A program made the translations under genes and the position numbers. The notes beneath the pieces were generated by a model. The model had not been told where the DNA came from and made no database searches. It saw only the letters and a program-made list of their open reading frames with translations. A stretch of 63,327 nucleotides of DNA, the filler included, from Collodictyon triciliatum (taxonomy: Eukaryota), in assembly GCA_043381765.1 (NCBI GenBank). It is 5 parts of 5 records of this genome, joined end to end, with 100 filler letters (N's around TTAATTAATTAA, not from the genome) between each part and the next. Parts side by side here need not be neighbours in the genome. Positions count along the whole stretch, not along the records: positions 30,639 to 46,342 come from JBHJMP010001644.1; positions 46,443 to 62,130 come from JBHJMP010001645.1; 3 more parts are not named here. One strand, written 5' to 3'. Below are positions 42,239-55,062 of the stretch, piece after piece. The stretch's first letter is position 1. The number at the start of each line of letters is the position of its first letter.

Positions 42239-45200
42239 ATGAGTGATAGACGTGAAGGTAAGAAACCCGCAAAAAATCAAAAGGATATAACTACACCCGG
42301 GGGTGCTCAAAATTTATTGAAACGAATTAAAATATATGGACAACAAAAAAAATCGGCACAACAAGCAGAAGCTGAAAGAAGTACTTCACCGGATTCTAGT
42401 AAAACAGAACAAGCACCCGAGTCTCAACCTATTTTTAATACTCCGCCTAAATCTGTTGAGCAAAAAATTCAAGAAGACATTTTACGACAAACACCAACGG
42501 GCGCTAATAAAAATAGACTACCACCAGATGTTTCAGCTGCACGCAGTAAAATTGTAGAAATGTATTATACCAAAAAACAAACACCTGCTGAAGTTTTAAA
42601 AGTTACGGCTCTAACTGGATATCCCCATTTTGCAAAAGTAAATACTACAACTGCAACACAATACGGATATTTAATTAATCAAATAGCAAGACAAAGATTT
42701 AAATTTATTTATTCGGACGGTGGAGACGAAGCTGCAATTTTTCAAAGAGCCAACAGTGAAGTGGCGATGATATTATCCGGTGATTCTAATATTGTTAAGG
42801 ACGACTATTTTGCAAGAATTTGGGGTACAACTAAAACGGCTACTGATATGCAAAACTATTATACTTCATTAGCATATTTATACGCGGTTGAACCATGGGA
42901 GGCTCCTGTAGTAGAGAAACCACAGGGAGTAGAATATCAACCACCAAATGAGGAAGCAACTGCAGAAGTAGAGGACGCTAGAATAGTTAGAAAAGAACCT
43001 GATGAAACAGTTGTAGATCTTGAAAGTGATATACAACCGCAGCCTGAACCAGAAATTGTTATAACCACGGATCAAATTAATTCAAGAGCTGCAATAGTGG
43101 CACAGAGATATCCAGGCGTAAGACAGACAGAAGTATTTAATATACCGTGCTACCGTGCTAGTACATACAAAAAGCAACCAAGAGCTACACACATACATGC
43201 GTTGGCGAACGCTTTATTAAAAGAACTTTCAAAAAGAAATTTACTTCCAGCAAAAGAGGATTTACCGCCAGCTTTACGGCCTGCTGATTCAACCGAAGAA
43301 ACTTATGGTCCTAGTACTCCTGCGTTTGAAATTTTAGATGCTTTTCTTATTAAATATTTTACAAAAGAAGTGTATGATATATTAGTTGGTATTTGGGTTA
43401 ATGACGATTTAGCAGGGGGTGATCAAACGCCTCGAGACCGTATACATGCTAAACAAATTCTCATTCAAAGAATTGCTGAAGAAGAATTAATTAATGAAGA
43501 AGTTGAGCGTAGAAAACAAGATAAAGAACGTAATCTACGACAACAGGATCGCGATAGAAGAAAAAAAGAAGAAGAAGACAGACAAGCAAGAATTCGAGCT
43601 GAACAAGAAGCTACCAAAGAACAATTAAGAAATCATAAACTAAGAGATCAAACAAAAACTGATGAAGAACTTAATGAAATAAGAAAATTACTTACAGAAA
43701 GAAATCAAGCTTACCAAGACGTTGTTCAGGCAGGACTGGTTGTTCCCGAAGGGGTTGATCCTAGAATGCTAACATATGCTCAATTATTTTATATTAAAAA
43801 AGTTATCACGTTGGCAAAACAACAACAAAATGAGGGTAGTAGAGCAGAAGACTTAATAATTGATGAAAATTTTAATTTTGATTTATTGGATAATCAAGCT
43901 GAGGAGTATGCTATGTTAATACAAGCCTACAATTTGCAAGAGGATTTATTAGAAAATAAAATAACTGAACAATATTGGGAATTTCAAAAATATGCATTAC
44001 AAGCACTAGCTCCAAATATTGATAGTACAGAAGAAAAATTAAATGAGATAGACGCCATGATATTAAACTTTATGAATGAAGAAAATTTAGATGAAATGGA
44101 GTTCCAACCAGCAACTGATATAGAAGAAATCACAAGGACCCCTAGGCAAAGCCAACCCGGAACTCCGTTTAACAGACGGCGCACTGTTTTATTCAATGAA
44201 GATAATTTCATAAACAACATATATGAGCAAATGCAAATAGTAGCGAATTCGCCATTTCTTTCTCCAGCAAGAAAACAAAGATTACAGGAATCAGTTCAAG
44301 AAATAAATCAAACTTTGTTAGATCGAACACCCCAACGCCCCGTTCGTCGTGACATCTCACTGTCAGAACCTCGTAGAGAAAATTTTACCGCTTTTGCAAC
44401 TCCGACCCCGGTTACACGAATTGGTGGTAATAGAGTTACTACGGACGAAAGATTTAATAATCCTATACCTGGAATGCAAATATTGGAAATGCCTATTGAG
44501 ATGTATGAGAAAATGCAACAAAGTAAAACAAGCGCTAAAAAAAACTTATCAAGTAGGTTTGAAGAAATACAAGATGAACCAGAAGCTCCAAGTCTTACAC
44601 CTTCATCTAGATTTACCGAAATAATCGAAGAGCCTGTGCCTGTGCCTGAGCCTGCTTCATTTCCCCCTGGATTTCAGTATCTTGAAAATATGACAAGAGA
44701 ACAATTAATTCAAGAAGTTATTAGAGTACACGAAAGTCGTGATTTAATATATTTAGAATATGATAAATTGTTTAAGGGTATGTTAGAACAAGATACCATT
44801 CATAGACAAATTTATAACATTAGTGAAAGACAATTATCAAATGCACACAAACAGTTGATTGAAAAAGTAAATGGATTAACTCCTAGAAAACCTATAAAAG
44901 AAGTTAATGAGGAAGGAATGCAAACAGATTTTACAAAAACTGTTAGACGACTGTTTACCGATGACAGTCCCATAACAGTCAGAACGCAAACTTATACTCC
45001 AGCTAAATCCGTTTATCCAACAACAATTTTTACACCAGCGCCCTCCATAATGCAAACAGGTACATACACAGTAAAAATACAACGAAATTCAGATACTGCT
45101 GATTATAGGTCGGAATTACAACTTCTAGAGGATAAATTTGAAGAATACATACGATTGATGGAGGACGAAAGAGATGCTTTAGAGGATGATAATTTAGAAT

Positions 45201-46342
45201 TGCGTCTGAACCGATTAAAAGAAATGCAAAATAGAACGATAGATGACGAAAGTGAAATGACGGATCTTGAGATACGTTTAGCAAGATTAAGAAATGCACA
45301 AGCAGAAAAAAGGGATTATGAAGATCAAATAAGAGCAGTAAGAGATGATGCAAATTATGACGAACAACAAAGAAATCGTTTAATCAATGATTTACAAGAT
45401 AAATTAGGTGAAGCCGAGGCAACAATTCAAAGATTACAAGCAGTCCCTAGACCATTACAATCACAGTCCCAAGCCCCCATAAGAACAAAGGCACCTTCAC
45501 CAATAAGTAGCTCAACACAAACACCTGCTAAAAAATCTATCCCAGGAAAGGTTGATACTACCCCTATAGATCAAATTAAAGCGTCTCTCAAACAAAAAGA
45601 CTCTGCATTACAAAAATTACAAAATAGTATAGCAATAGCAAATAAAAAAATCAGTGAAGATGAAGTATCAAATGCAAGACTTATTGAAGAGATTGCAAAT
45701 TATCGTGAGGAAATCAGAAAATTAAAAGCTGAAATAGAAATTATGAAAACAAACGCTACAATTGAAATAGACAAAGCACTTGCTGGCAAAGGTATACGGC
45801 TGAAACAAGCAATTAATCGAGCCAATAGGGAACAAGCTACAAATCAAGTATTGCTTCAAAAAATAAGAGATTTAGAAAACACAGCAAATCAAACAACAGA
45901 CGCTGCAGAAAAAGACGAAATTATAAGACAACTTAATAATACTAAGGAACAATTAAGAGTATCTGAGCAATTACGAGCTGCAAGCACACGCCCATTAGCC
46001 GCTGCTCCAATTTTTCAAACTTCTCCCAGGCCTGCAGCTCAACCAATTTTTCAAACTCCTGTACCAGTCCCCAGGCCTGCAGCTCAACCAATTTTTAATA
46101 TTGGTAATAATATGTCACAACAGTCTACAAGTTCACAGGCAAGGGTCAGGGGCGTTCCGGCGTTTATTGCAGGCATGGTAGGAGGCGGAGTAGCTGCTCC
46201 TGTCCGAGCAGGAAGTTTAACTTCCTCACAAATTCCAATATTTAACACCTCTCGCCCCATTTTAACAGGAAAAGAAGGGCGTGATTATGGCAGTCAGTCC
46301 AAGTTTGCCACAACAATTTCCAGAGGAATAGAACAGAAATAT
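42239..46342 (+). CDS. Very large coiled-coil viral protein (>1360 aa, open at the contig end)
   Basis: Intronless ORF with several long heptad E/Q/R/K-rich segments, TP/SP-rich linkers and a repeated PIF(N/Q)T motif. Confidence 0.8.
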
Positions 46343-46442
46343 NNNNNNNNNNNNNNNNNNNNNNNNNNNNNNNNNNNNNNNNNNNNTTAATTAATTAANN
46401 NNNNNNNNNNNNNNNNNNNNNNNNNNNNNNNNNNNNNNNNNN
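46343..46442. other. Artificial contig linker
   Basis: N44-TTAATTAATTAA-N44. Confidence 0.97.
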
Positions 46443-46867
46443 AAAAAAACAATAAAAAAAACAATAAAAAAACAAAAAAAAACAATAAAAAACAATAAAA
46501 AACAATAAAAAACAATAAAAAACAATAAAAAACAATAAAAAAAACAATAAAAAAAACAATAAAAAAAACAATAAAAAACAATAAAAAAAAAAACAATAAA
46601 AGATGACACGACTAAGTTCGCACCAAACAGAGATCAAAGAGACACCGATTTTCTCCAATGACACATATTGCAAAGACTAATTCAGTAGCATTATTCCTAG
46701 TTTCTTTGTTTTATTTTCAGTTCAAAGGAAAAAAAAATTGAAGAATAAAAAGAAAAAGGAAATCAATGGAAGGGATTTTTAGAGATAGTTTCTCAGGGAA
46801 GCACATATAATATTAAGGCGTATTGTTCCTATTCGTTCATTCAAGACACATCGGAGGGGTGTCCGGC

Positions 46868-49139
46868 TCATGAACCCTGGTTGTCTGTAAGTATAGAGCC
46901 CGCAGTTACACGTCTTTCAGGCCCGTCAGTTGTGTTTGCGTTTGTGGGGTTCGGATGCTCGGGTGGCGAAGATTCCAATGCCAAACCCGTTGGATTACCT
47001 CTCTCTCGGGGGTGAGTGGTGGGATAGCGGGGGATAATGGACTTGCATATAGGGCATTCTGTTTTACTCGAGAACCACATATCGACGCATCGAGGATGAA
47101 ACATGTGGTTGCAAGGAAGAAGCCGAATGTCTGTATCGAGGGTAAAATCATCCAGGCAAATGCAACAGCTAATAACAACCAGGATAACATGTCAGCATAG
47201 TTTCGGTGGATTAAGAAGTTCGAAGCGTTTAAACTAATCAACCAATCAAACCAATCAATCGACTAATCAATCAACTAATCAACCAATCAATCAATCAACC
47301 AATCGATGAACCAATCAATTAATAGTTTAATTGATGATTCAAAATGTAATGGTTAATACCTGTCGTTCAGTTTGTGCACACTCGGGTCCCATTTTATCAC
47401 GGGCAAGGCATTTATAGCGAGCGGAGAAAGACCAGTATGCATTCTTGCCGATCGATCACCGTTAATGACGTATTGAATTAAAGCGTGGAAGTCAATCTAT
47501 GTGTGATTAGATATATCAGAATTTACCATTCATCATACATACGACCTACTATTTTTATTCATCTTTTTGTAAATAAGAAGTCAACCTCCTCATCAGCAAA
47601 CTCATCCAAGTCAGATTCTATGATTATAATTTTCGTTTATTAATTATAAAAAAGGAGATGATATTTATTACGTCTGAGAGCTTATAAACCCTACCAAATA
47701 GTGGCTTTTCCCCAAGCAGTCATTTAGAATGCAGCGATTGAATTAATATATTTGCAATGTTTTTAACTCTTCAATTGTTAATGACATCAAAGTCATTTGC
47801 ATAGGTAAATTGAATTTTGTATACACGCAACCATGTTGTAATGGAATAGACAGGAATCACAATAATAATAAATACCTCAGTGGGTTGTTCCCCTTCTTCA
47901 ATTGTTTCGATCCACCGCCATAGTGAGAGGGTTGGGCAATACCTCATCCCAATCTCTTTAATATAGCGACAACCGAATATGCACAGAATTATAATAACAA
48001 GGACAACTGTAATATAATTTAATGGTAATTCAGTATTTTTTTTACTCATTTTTTATGATACATCACAATATGCCAAATACTCTGATGATAAAACGAGATT
48101 ATTTCACCCAATATAAAAATGGATAACATAATTCATACGAAAGAGTGAGAGGCGGTTCATATCAATCAAAGAAGCTCCACATGATGGGTATTTTTCCTGT
48201 TTCCCCTAATACAAAGCAATCAGCTCGTAATTACTATTCTTTAAAAATGGCATCATTAGCAACTAATTATTAAGTTTCGAAAAAGAGTTCATATGATGAA
48301 AATTTTGTCAAGCAGTGAAGGGGTGAACTAATTATCGAACGCTACATCACGCATAGATGAAGTATATGCGAATTTGTTGATTGTAGCGTATTTCTTTTTC
48401 AGTTGACTAGTACTATTCCCACCCCATGGTAATGTGGTGCTACAGAAAAAAAAAGTGGAACAATTTCCTTTATAATACAAGGGTTTATCCTTGGCCGATG
48501 ATATCACGTGAATGTAAAATATAATGGTGTAAACCCGATATATCATCGCTAATCATAATATGGAACAATTCGAAAATGATATGTATTTTACAAAATTAAA
48601 AACCTATTCGTCACTCTGACCGATACAAATGGCTTAAATGCAAAATGGAACTGGATAAATGGATCTGCAATCGATTTATTCATATCAATAAGTTAGTGAT
48701 CAGAAACATAATTATTAGATATGTGTGCACCTATTATTAAAAAAAATAATTACATGGGTATGGTATGGCAATGAGCAGCATACCACGAAGTGAAAACAAT
48801 ATTTCGCTAATGTAAATAACAATAAGTTTGTTGATTACACCGTTTTTTTAAACTTGAATGAAGTGAATACTTAGATACTATACATATTGAGCGTTTGGAA
48901 TTCAGTATGTGGGTATATGTTTCTTATGAAAGAATAATGAACAAACTTGTTAGTGTTCTCCAAAGACAACATCAGTTCCTTATGAAAACTTGTGTCCTTA
49001 TATGAAAGAGGAATTTCCTTGAAATCCTAAAAGCGGTAGAATGATATATCTTGTTGGATAATATATAGGATCTAAGATATGTTTCGAAGAGAAGAGAAGG
49101 AAAAGAAAAAGGAAAATAAAATAAAAGAAAAGAGAAAAG

Positions 49140-49171
<32 letters not shown>

Positions 49172-51173
49172 GAAAAAGAAAAAAAGAAAAGAAAAGAAAA
49201 AGAAAAAAGAAAAGAAAAAAGAAAAGAAAAAAGAAAAGAAAAGAGATATGAGTGGTATTTTTAAAAAAGGGGGAAGGTCTTCAAGCAAACCACATCGGTC
49301 CCATTCTTGCTGATAAGGTGAATGTACAATGTGTTATGATTCTTCCCTGGTATATTGATTGATAACTCCAATTGTATGTCCTTCTTTGAATCAAAATAAT
49401 AAAGACCAAAGCTTGTGACCGCACCACTATATAAAAAAAAAGCCGTAAATAAGAGGACATGATTGTGTGCCTATTTTTTTGGAACATTTATTTTAATTTG
49501 TTGGTGGGTTTCTTTTAATTGAAATTGACAAAACCTTTCACGAATTGGAGATAGATTGATATCGTAATGTGCGTGGCTTCCTCCAAATTTCCATTCGTAT
49601 TTCCCTGGAAAATAAATAAGAAATCATTTGACTGGTATACTTATATTTAGTAGAATATATTCGGGCCATATATTTCATAAACAAGACCTGATCGATACTT
49701 CGAGCCATCCATATCAATCTTCATCTTTAATGGTTCATCTTCGAAAAACTGAAGCTGTTCATCTATGCAGAGAACACGAATTATTACATTAAATGAAAAA
49801 AGCAAAGAATTAAACAGGGGTTAAATAATTAAAAAAAAATGTACTGCTTACGTACCAGACCATGTATTGGTGTAAAAAGGCTCAGTAAATATGGACTTTG
49901 TTTCTATTGAGCTGATTACGAAATAAGGGTCATTTTTTTTATTTTATTTTCATCTAGGGGTACTATTTGTATCTCATCATAGCATAACTCAATAAAGTAC
50001 CCCAACGCAGAGCACTCCAAATGGTCAATCACAGATGACTTCCAACCACTAAGAGATTGGGTGCATTTATCTTCTTGATATCTGTAAAACATGAAATTAT
50101 CCACCTCTAATATAGTTTCGTTTGTTGTGGAGATATCTGTTTCCCAAGCATTTGCTGCTGGTCCTTTCGACAAGTGCATCCCAAATATATAGGTTTGATT
50201 CTCTAGACCTCTAAAAGATTTTTTTTTTGGGCTTAATATAAGCAATTCTGATAGATGTTATTCAATACAGTATAAATGACATGAAAAATCATCACCTTTC
50301 TACAGAAATGCTCTCTCCATTCATATCAAAAGCAAACTTATCTTCTAGTATATTTATGCGAATGGTGAATGGGATTGCGAGGGGTTGTTGAAGCATGACT
50401 TCCTCATAAAAACCTTCGCTGTCTGTGACTCTACATGATTAAATAAGGATTATGTTTTTACATGGAAAATGTATGAGATAGATGAGTGGCAAGTTATAGC
50501 ACTATATTTTCTTTCAAGCACATAAATACGATAAAACGAGCTCTCTCTCTCTCTCTTTTTTTTTTAATTCCTTCAAATACCTCATGATACCCATATCTAA
50601 GCGGGTCATGTTCATCGAAAACTGAACCGTGTGGCTCTTTGAAGCCAATAAAACGTTCAAGAGACTGGACGTATCCAGACCTGGCCATATCTGCCACTCT
50701 AACAAACCAGTATCTATTTTGGTATCCAAGAACACTGCTGGAATCCATGTGATGTTTGCAAACGGGTCTGATTGGATACGAAGCCGGAGGCGACCTTCCT
50801 GAAGCGTGACCATCGATGCATTCACCATGTCGCGCGAATCTCCAAACACACTTTTTCCCTTGATGAAAAGAGCGTCAAAGTCTTTTCCCGAGACTCTCTC
50901 TTTGACTCCATAAGACCCCTTTGTCTCTGCCCCAACGGCAAAGAATGGCCACGGAACATCACTTGACTCGTAATCAAACGACTGGAATACATTTGGGATG
51001 CAGTCTTTGAGCATAGCCCGGTCAGTAGATGCTTCATCAAGTGGATTGGATATGTCAACAGCGTTTGTGGGTCGAGCATAAACACCGGTTTGCAGCTCGT
51101 GTGGTACGATGAATTGCGCAGCGACCACGACTACCAGGATAAGCAAGAATTGGTTGCCCACACCGGAAATCAT
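46868..51173 (-). CDS. Type I membrane RING-H2 E3 ligase with a large ectodomain, multi-exon
   Basis: Signal peptide (FLLILVVVVAAQ), TM helix (ITVVLVIIILCIFG) and last exon CCICLDDF..IRLLPCNHMFHPRCVDMWFSSKTECPICK. Treating it as one gene is an inference from strand and exon order. Confidence 0.75.
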
Positions 51174-51919
51174 GTACCAAAGTATGCACGCCTTTTATTA
51201 ATTTCTTGCTTCCTATTTCTTTTGAAAGACACAGGTCAAAGTGTATATGAATGGGTGAATATAAGTGAGCGCTCGGACGTGGGAATCCGTGGGTTGGTAA
51301 TAAATGTGTGTGTCATTGTGTGTGTCTATGAGTGCCGGCCTGATTTCTCATTTGCTCAGTTTACTTCTTTGTTTTTGTTTTTGATTTTGTTTTTGATTTT
51401 GTTTTTGATTTTGTTTTGCATGTGTGATTTTGCTTTGTATGTGTGATGCCTTCCAACCACTGTGACTGTATCGCCAAAGCGCGTGAACACAGCCTAACCC
51501 GTGTGCGTGCGCACTAAATACCCTTGTTGTGATTCGCGTGCTTGAGTGCGTGCTACAGACCCATATGCGGGGATTTGACTTCTGTCAAGTGATCTTTATC
51601 TAAATGAGGATTTAGATCTACCGGACTAGGAATTTGACACGCGCTGCGTGCATGCGCGTACTGATTTGGTATGATAAACCATTTTGTTTGCTTTCGTCCC
51701 CGCTTTTGTGTATTGGTGGAACTGGTTCTGTTAAAGTCGCTCAATGGACGTGATATATATATATATACAATCAATTTGAAAAGACTATTGCCCCCGACAA
51801 CATAAAACTGAACCTTATGATTCATTCATGGACAAACTCTTCTTTGATTATTATTTATTTATTCATTCATGCCTGATATAAAAGTGGACGGGTTACATAT
51901 TAATAGGGAACGTGCTGCG

Positions 51920-54135
51920 CTAAACAATGTGTACACGGTTGTCTTGAGTTGCGCTCGAGCCCCAGAATATCTCATAGATGAAATCAAGCACACCGAGAAC
52001 AGGGGAGAATATGATTGAATCGTTTTTTGGGCTCTTCTTATGATGTAAAAGTTTGGGCGATATTGGGACGTTGAATAGCTGGGGTGCGGGTTGTGAGCGA
52101 TTGGAAGGAGGCGACTTTGCAGTCGTGAGGGGAGATGAAACTGAGCGAGACTTGCTAGGCCTCATCTCGTCGTCTTGGATAACATCAAGAACAGGTGCTG
52201 ATGTGTTTGCTGCGTCAAGCGAATCCATGACAACAAAATCACCAATACTCTCAACAGTCGGGATATTTGGGGTGTGTGCATAGCCGCGGCTGAACGCATT
52301 CTGCTTTAACATGCCGATTTCGTGGAATAACTGGTCACGCTCTTCTCTCAGCCGCCCAATCTCTGTGGACATGCAGCGAATATCTTCCTGATGAGGGGAC
52401 CGCAGATGGTTAATCAAGTATGTTGTTCATGTATGTTTACTTGTATGAGAGTGTTGGGTGCATATGTAAAAAGCTCTTATTTTTTGTTATATATCCTGTT
52501 TCATTTTTTCTCATCGCATGATGGAATAGCGAATAATAATACATCCAACCTGGTGCTTTTGGTTCAGCTCGGCAAGAGCTGTTTCGTAAGCAAAGAGCTT
52601 AACTTCCATTTCGCCTTTCGAGGCCTGGCCATTCTGCAGCCTCAATTTGTATTTCAGCTCGGAATTCTGGATCAAACAAACTATTGAATATAACGATACA
52701 CATTCTGCACGTGCATAGTGCGAGACGAAGAATCCAAACACAATCATCCTATAAATCTAATATTTCATCTAAAAAGCCTGCTTTTTTCAACTTGGTGAAG
52801 GGGGAAAATACCTCCATCGTTAGCTTTTCCAGCTCTTGTATTTGGGACTGGATCTTGGACATCATCGATGATTTCTCAAACGCATATATTTCCGCCGCTT
52901 GATTCTTTTTCTAAACGAAAGAATATGTTTGAAATACGGTGAGAAAAACCATTACTGTCAAGTATCATCGATTCAAGGTAAAAATAAAAAGAGAAGGGAA
53001 AATTCAAATAATAATACTTCAGTTTATTTGTATTTTCTAAATACATATATGGTACAAATCGAGCTATTTAAGCACCTGTATCAGAAGCCTCAGTTCTTCA
53101 TTCTCAGACTTTAACAATTCGATTTCAGTAAGCGATGTGGCAAGGACCTCAGAAACGTGATGTGCCTTCTCAACATACTCTTGTATCCTTTCTTGATTTG
53201 ATATTAGACTATTCACATCGCCTGTGATTTGGACCTATATGAAGCGATTTAAAGTAAATATAACAAGTGTTCTAGATAATATATTTTATAACAAATATAT
53301 TTATCGATGAGGAAATAATTTTAGACATGAATGCGCATATTTTATTTTATCACCGCAAATACGCCTCATGCACATGCGGGTAGCTTACTTTATGATCAGG
53401 TATGTTGAAGCCAGCAGCATTATCAGTAGTTGCATTCTCTCCTTGTTCTGAGACGCTCGCGAAGGATGTTTGTGGGTGCTCACTCTGAAAGGTTTGATGT
53501 GGTCCTTTTTTTACTAATGGAAATCCGTCACTTCTTCTATGCAACCGCCCAGGAAGTCTATTCTGCAAATGTGTGACTGTAGAATCTGGATCAAACTTTG
53601 AGGAATGTGATAAGTAATGTTCTGCTGTGTCAGTGAATGCGGCAGATTGCTTCTTAATTTGGAGCTCAAGGGCAGCTTTTTCCTTCTTGAGATGCTCATT
53701 TTCCCTGAGAATATGGTTATATTCTTCATCTCGCAATGTAATGTAATTCTTGTGTGTTGGCTGGGACGCTTGTTCAGAAAGTTGGATGGTCATCTCTTCA
53801 ATCTTTTTCCCTTGAAGGTGAATATGATTCAAGAGTTGGCTCTGGTCAATTGCCATCTGCTCAGCCAACGCTGCTTTTCGCTTCGCAGCATCTTTCTGTG
53901 TCTCCAAGTCCCGCTTTAACTGATTTATTTGTTCAATCCAATACTTGGAGTCTTTCTCCAGGTTTGTCTCCTATTTATTTATTTTATTTTATTAATAAAC
54001 ATTATGTTTGGCTTCAGCGCTTAAATATTACAAAAATAACCTGCTTTTTTGTTCATAGATGTTTTCCAGCATTAAGATAAATAAATCGGTATGATGTTAA
54101 TGATAATGATGGTTATAATGGTGGTCATAATAGTA

Positions 54136-54189
<54 letters not shown>

Positions 54190-54399
54190 GTTTTTAAATT
54201 ATATGCAAAAAAAAAGGGACAAAGCAAACAAAGGGAAGAAAATGGACAATTAAGAAAGGAAAAGAAAAGAAACCTGAGAAGCTTCCTCCAGCCTCGGCTC
54301 AACACTGCTTGTTGAGGAAACGTTTGAGTTGCCTTCTGTTGTCGTGTGTAAAGATGCAGAGTAGACGCTCTGCACGATCCGCCGTGTGGAGGACGCCAT
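51920..54399 (-). CDS. Multi-exon coiled-coil protein of unknown function
   Basis: First exon MASSTRRIV...EEASQ ending in GT, followed by heptad-rich exons (ILRENEHLKKEKAALELQI; EIGRLREERDQLFHEI). Confidence 0.6.
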
Positions 54400-55062
54400 C
54401 ATACGCCTTCATGAAGAGCAGTGGCATGGTGATCGTTATTTTCGTGTTTTCCACTCACAAAACGGAGAGGTAAATAAAAAAAAGGAAAACGAGAAGGAAA
54501 AAAACAACGTTGCCTTTCGATCGTTGTTGCTTAACAAAGTTTGTCAACCAACATCTGTCTATTATTTTCTACTTATTTTCTGATTATACCACACACAAAA
54601 GAATTTATTTTATTTTTTTTGGTGAGCTTAAAAAAAAAATGAAATAGAAAAAGAAATCAACAGTTTTTATAGGGTGGGTGAGTGACTCGCCACCGTCCAC
54701 AATCTTTTTGTTTGCAAATATCCTATCACCCAATATCTGGCAATCAGCAGAATCAAAACAAAGACAGTAATGATGAATTCATTCCTTTCTTCTTCCCCAT
54801 ATTCTTCCGTCGTCTGGGAAGTTGTTTGCCCACTATTAATGTCATCACAATTTTATTTTGATAGGGTTGTTACATTAGAGGGCGTTGATTATTATTTAAT
54901 TCATTAATCAGTTCATCGGTTTTCTTTTTGTGCCCAATTCATTCTGCCGCGTCTTCTCTGCCACACATCCAATACCGTATTACTGCGCACCAAACACTCT
55001 TCTGAGCAACTCTCCGTCCACCCCAAGCTGCTTCGCGTCCGCCGCTGTGTTGTCGGGCTCTG

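Larger units (their letters stand above)
38547..46342. mobile_element. Endogenous Polinton-like virus / virophage-like element, one end present, truncated by the contig end
   Basis: Abrupt switch from intron-rich host genes to dense, intronless, AT-rich ORFs including a Tlr6F-like gene and a major capsid-like gene, preceded by about 570 bp of structured non-coding terminus. Confidence 0.85.
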
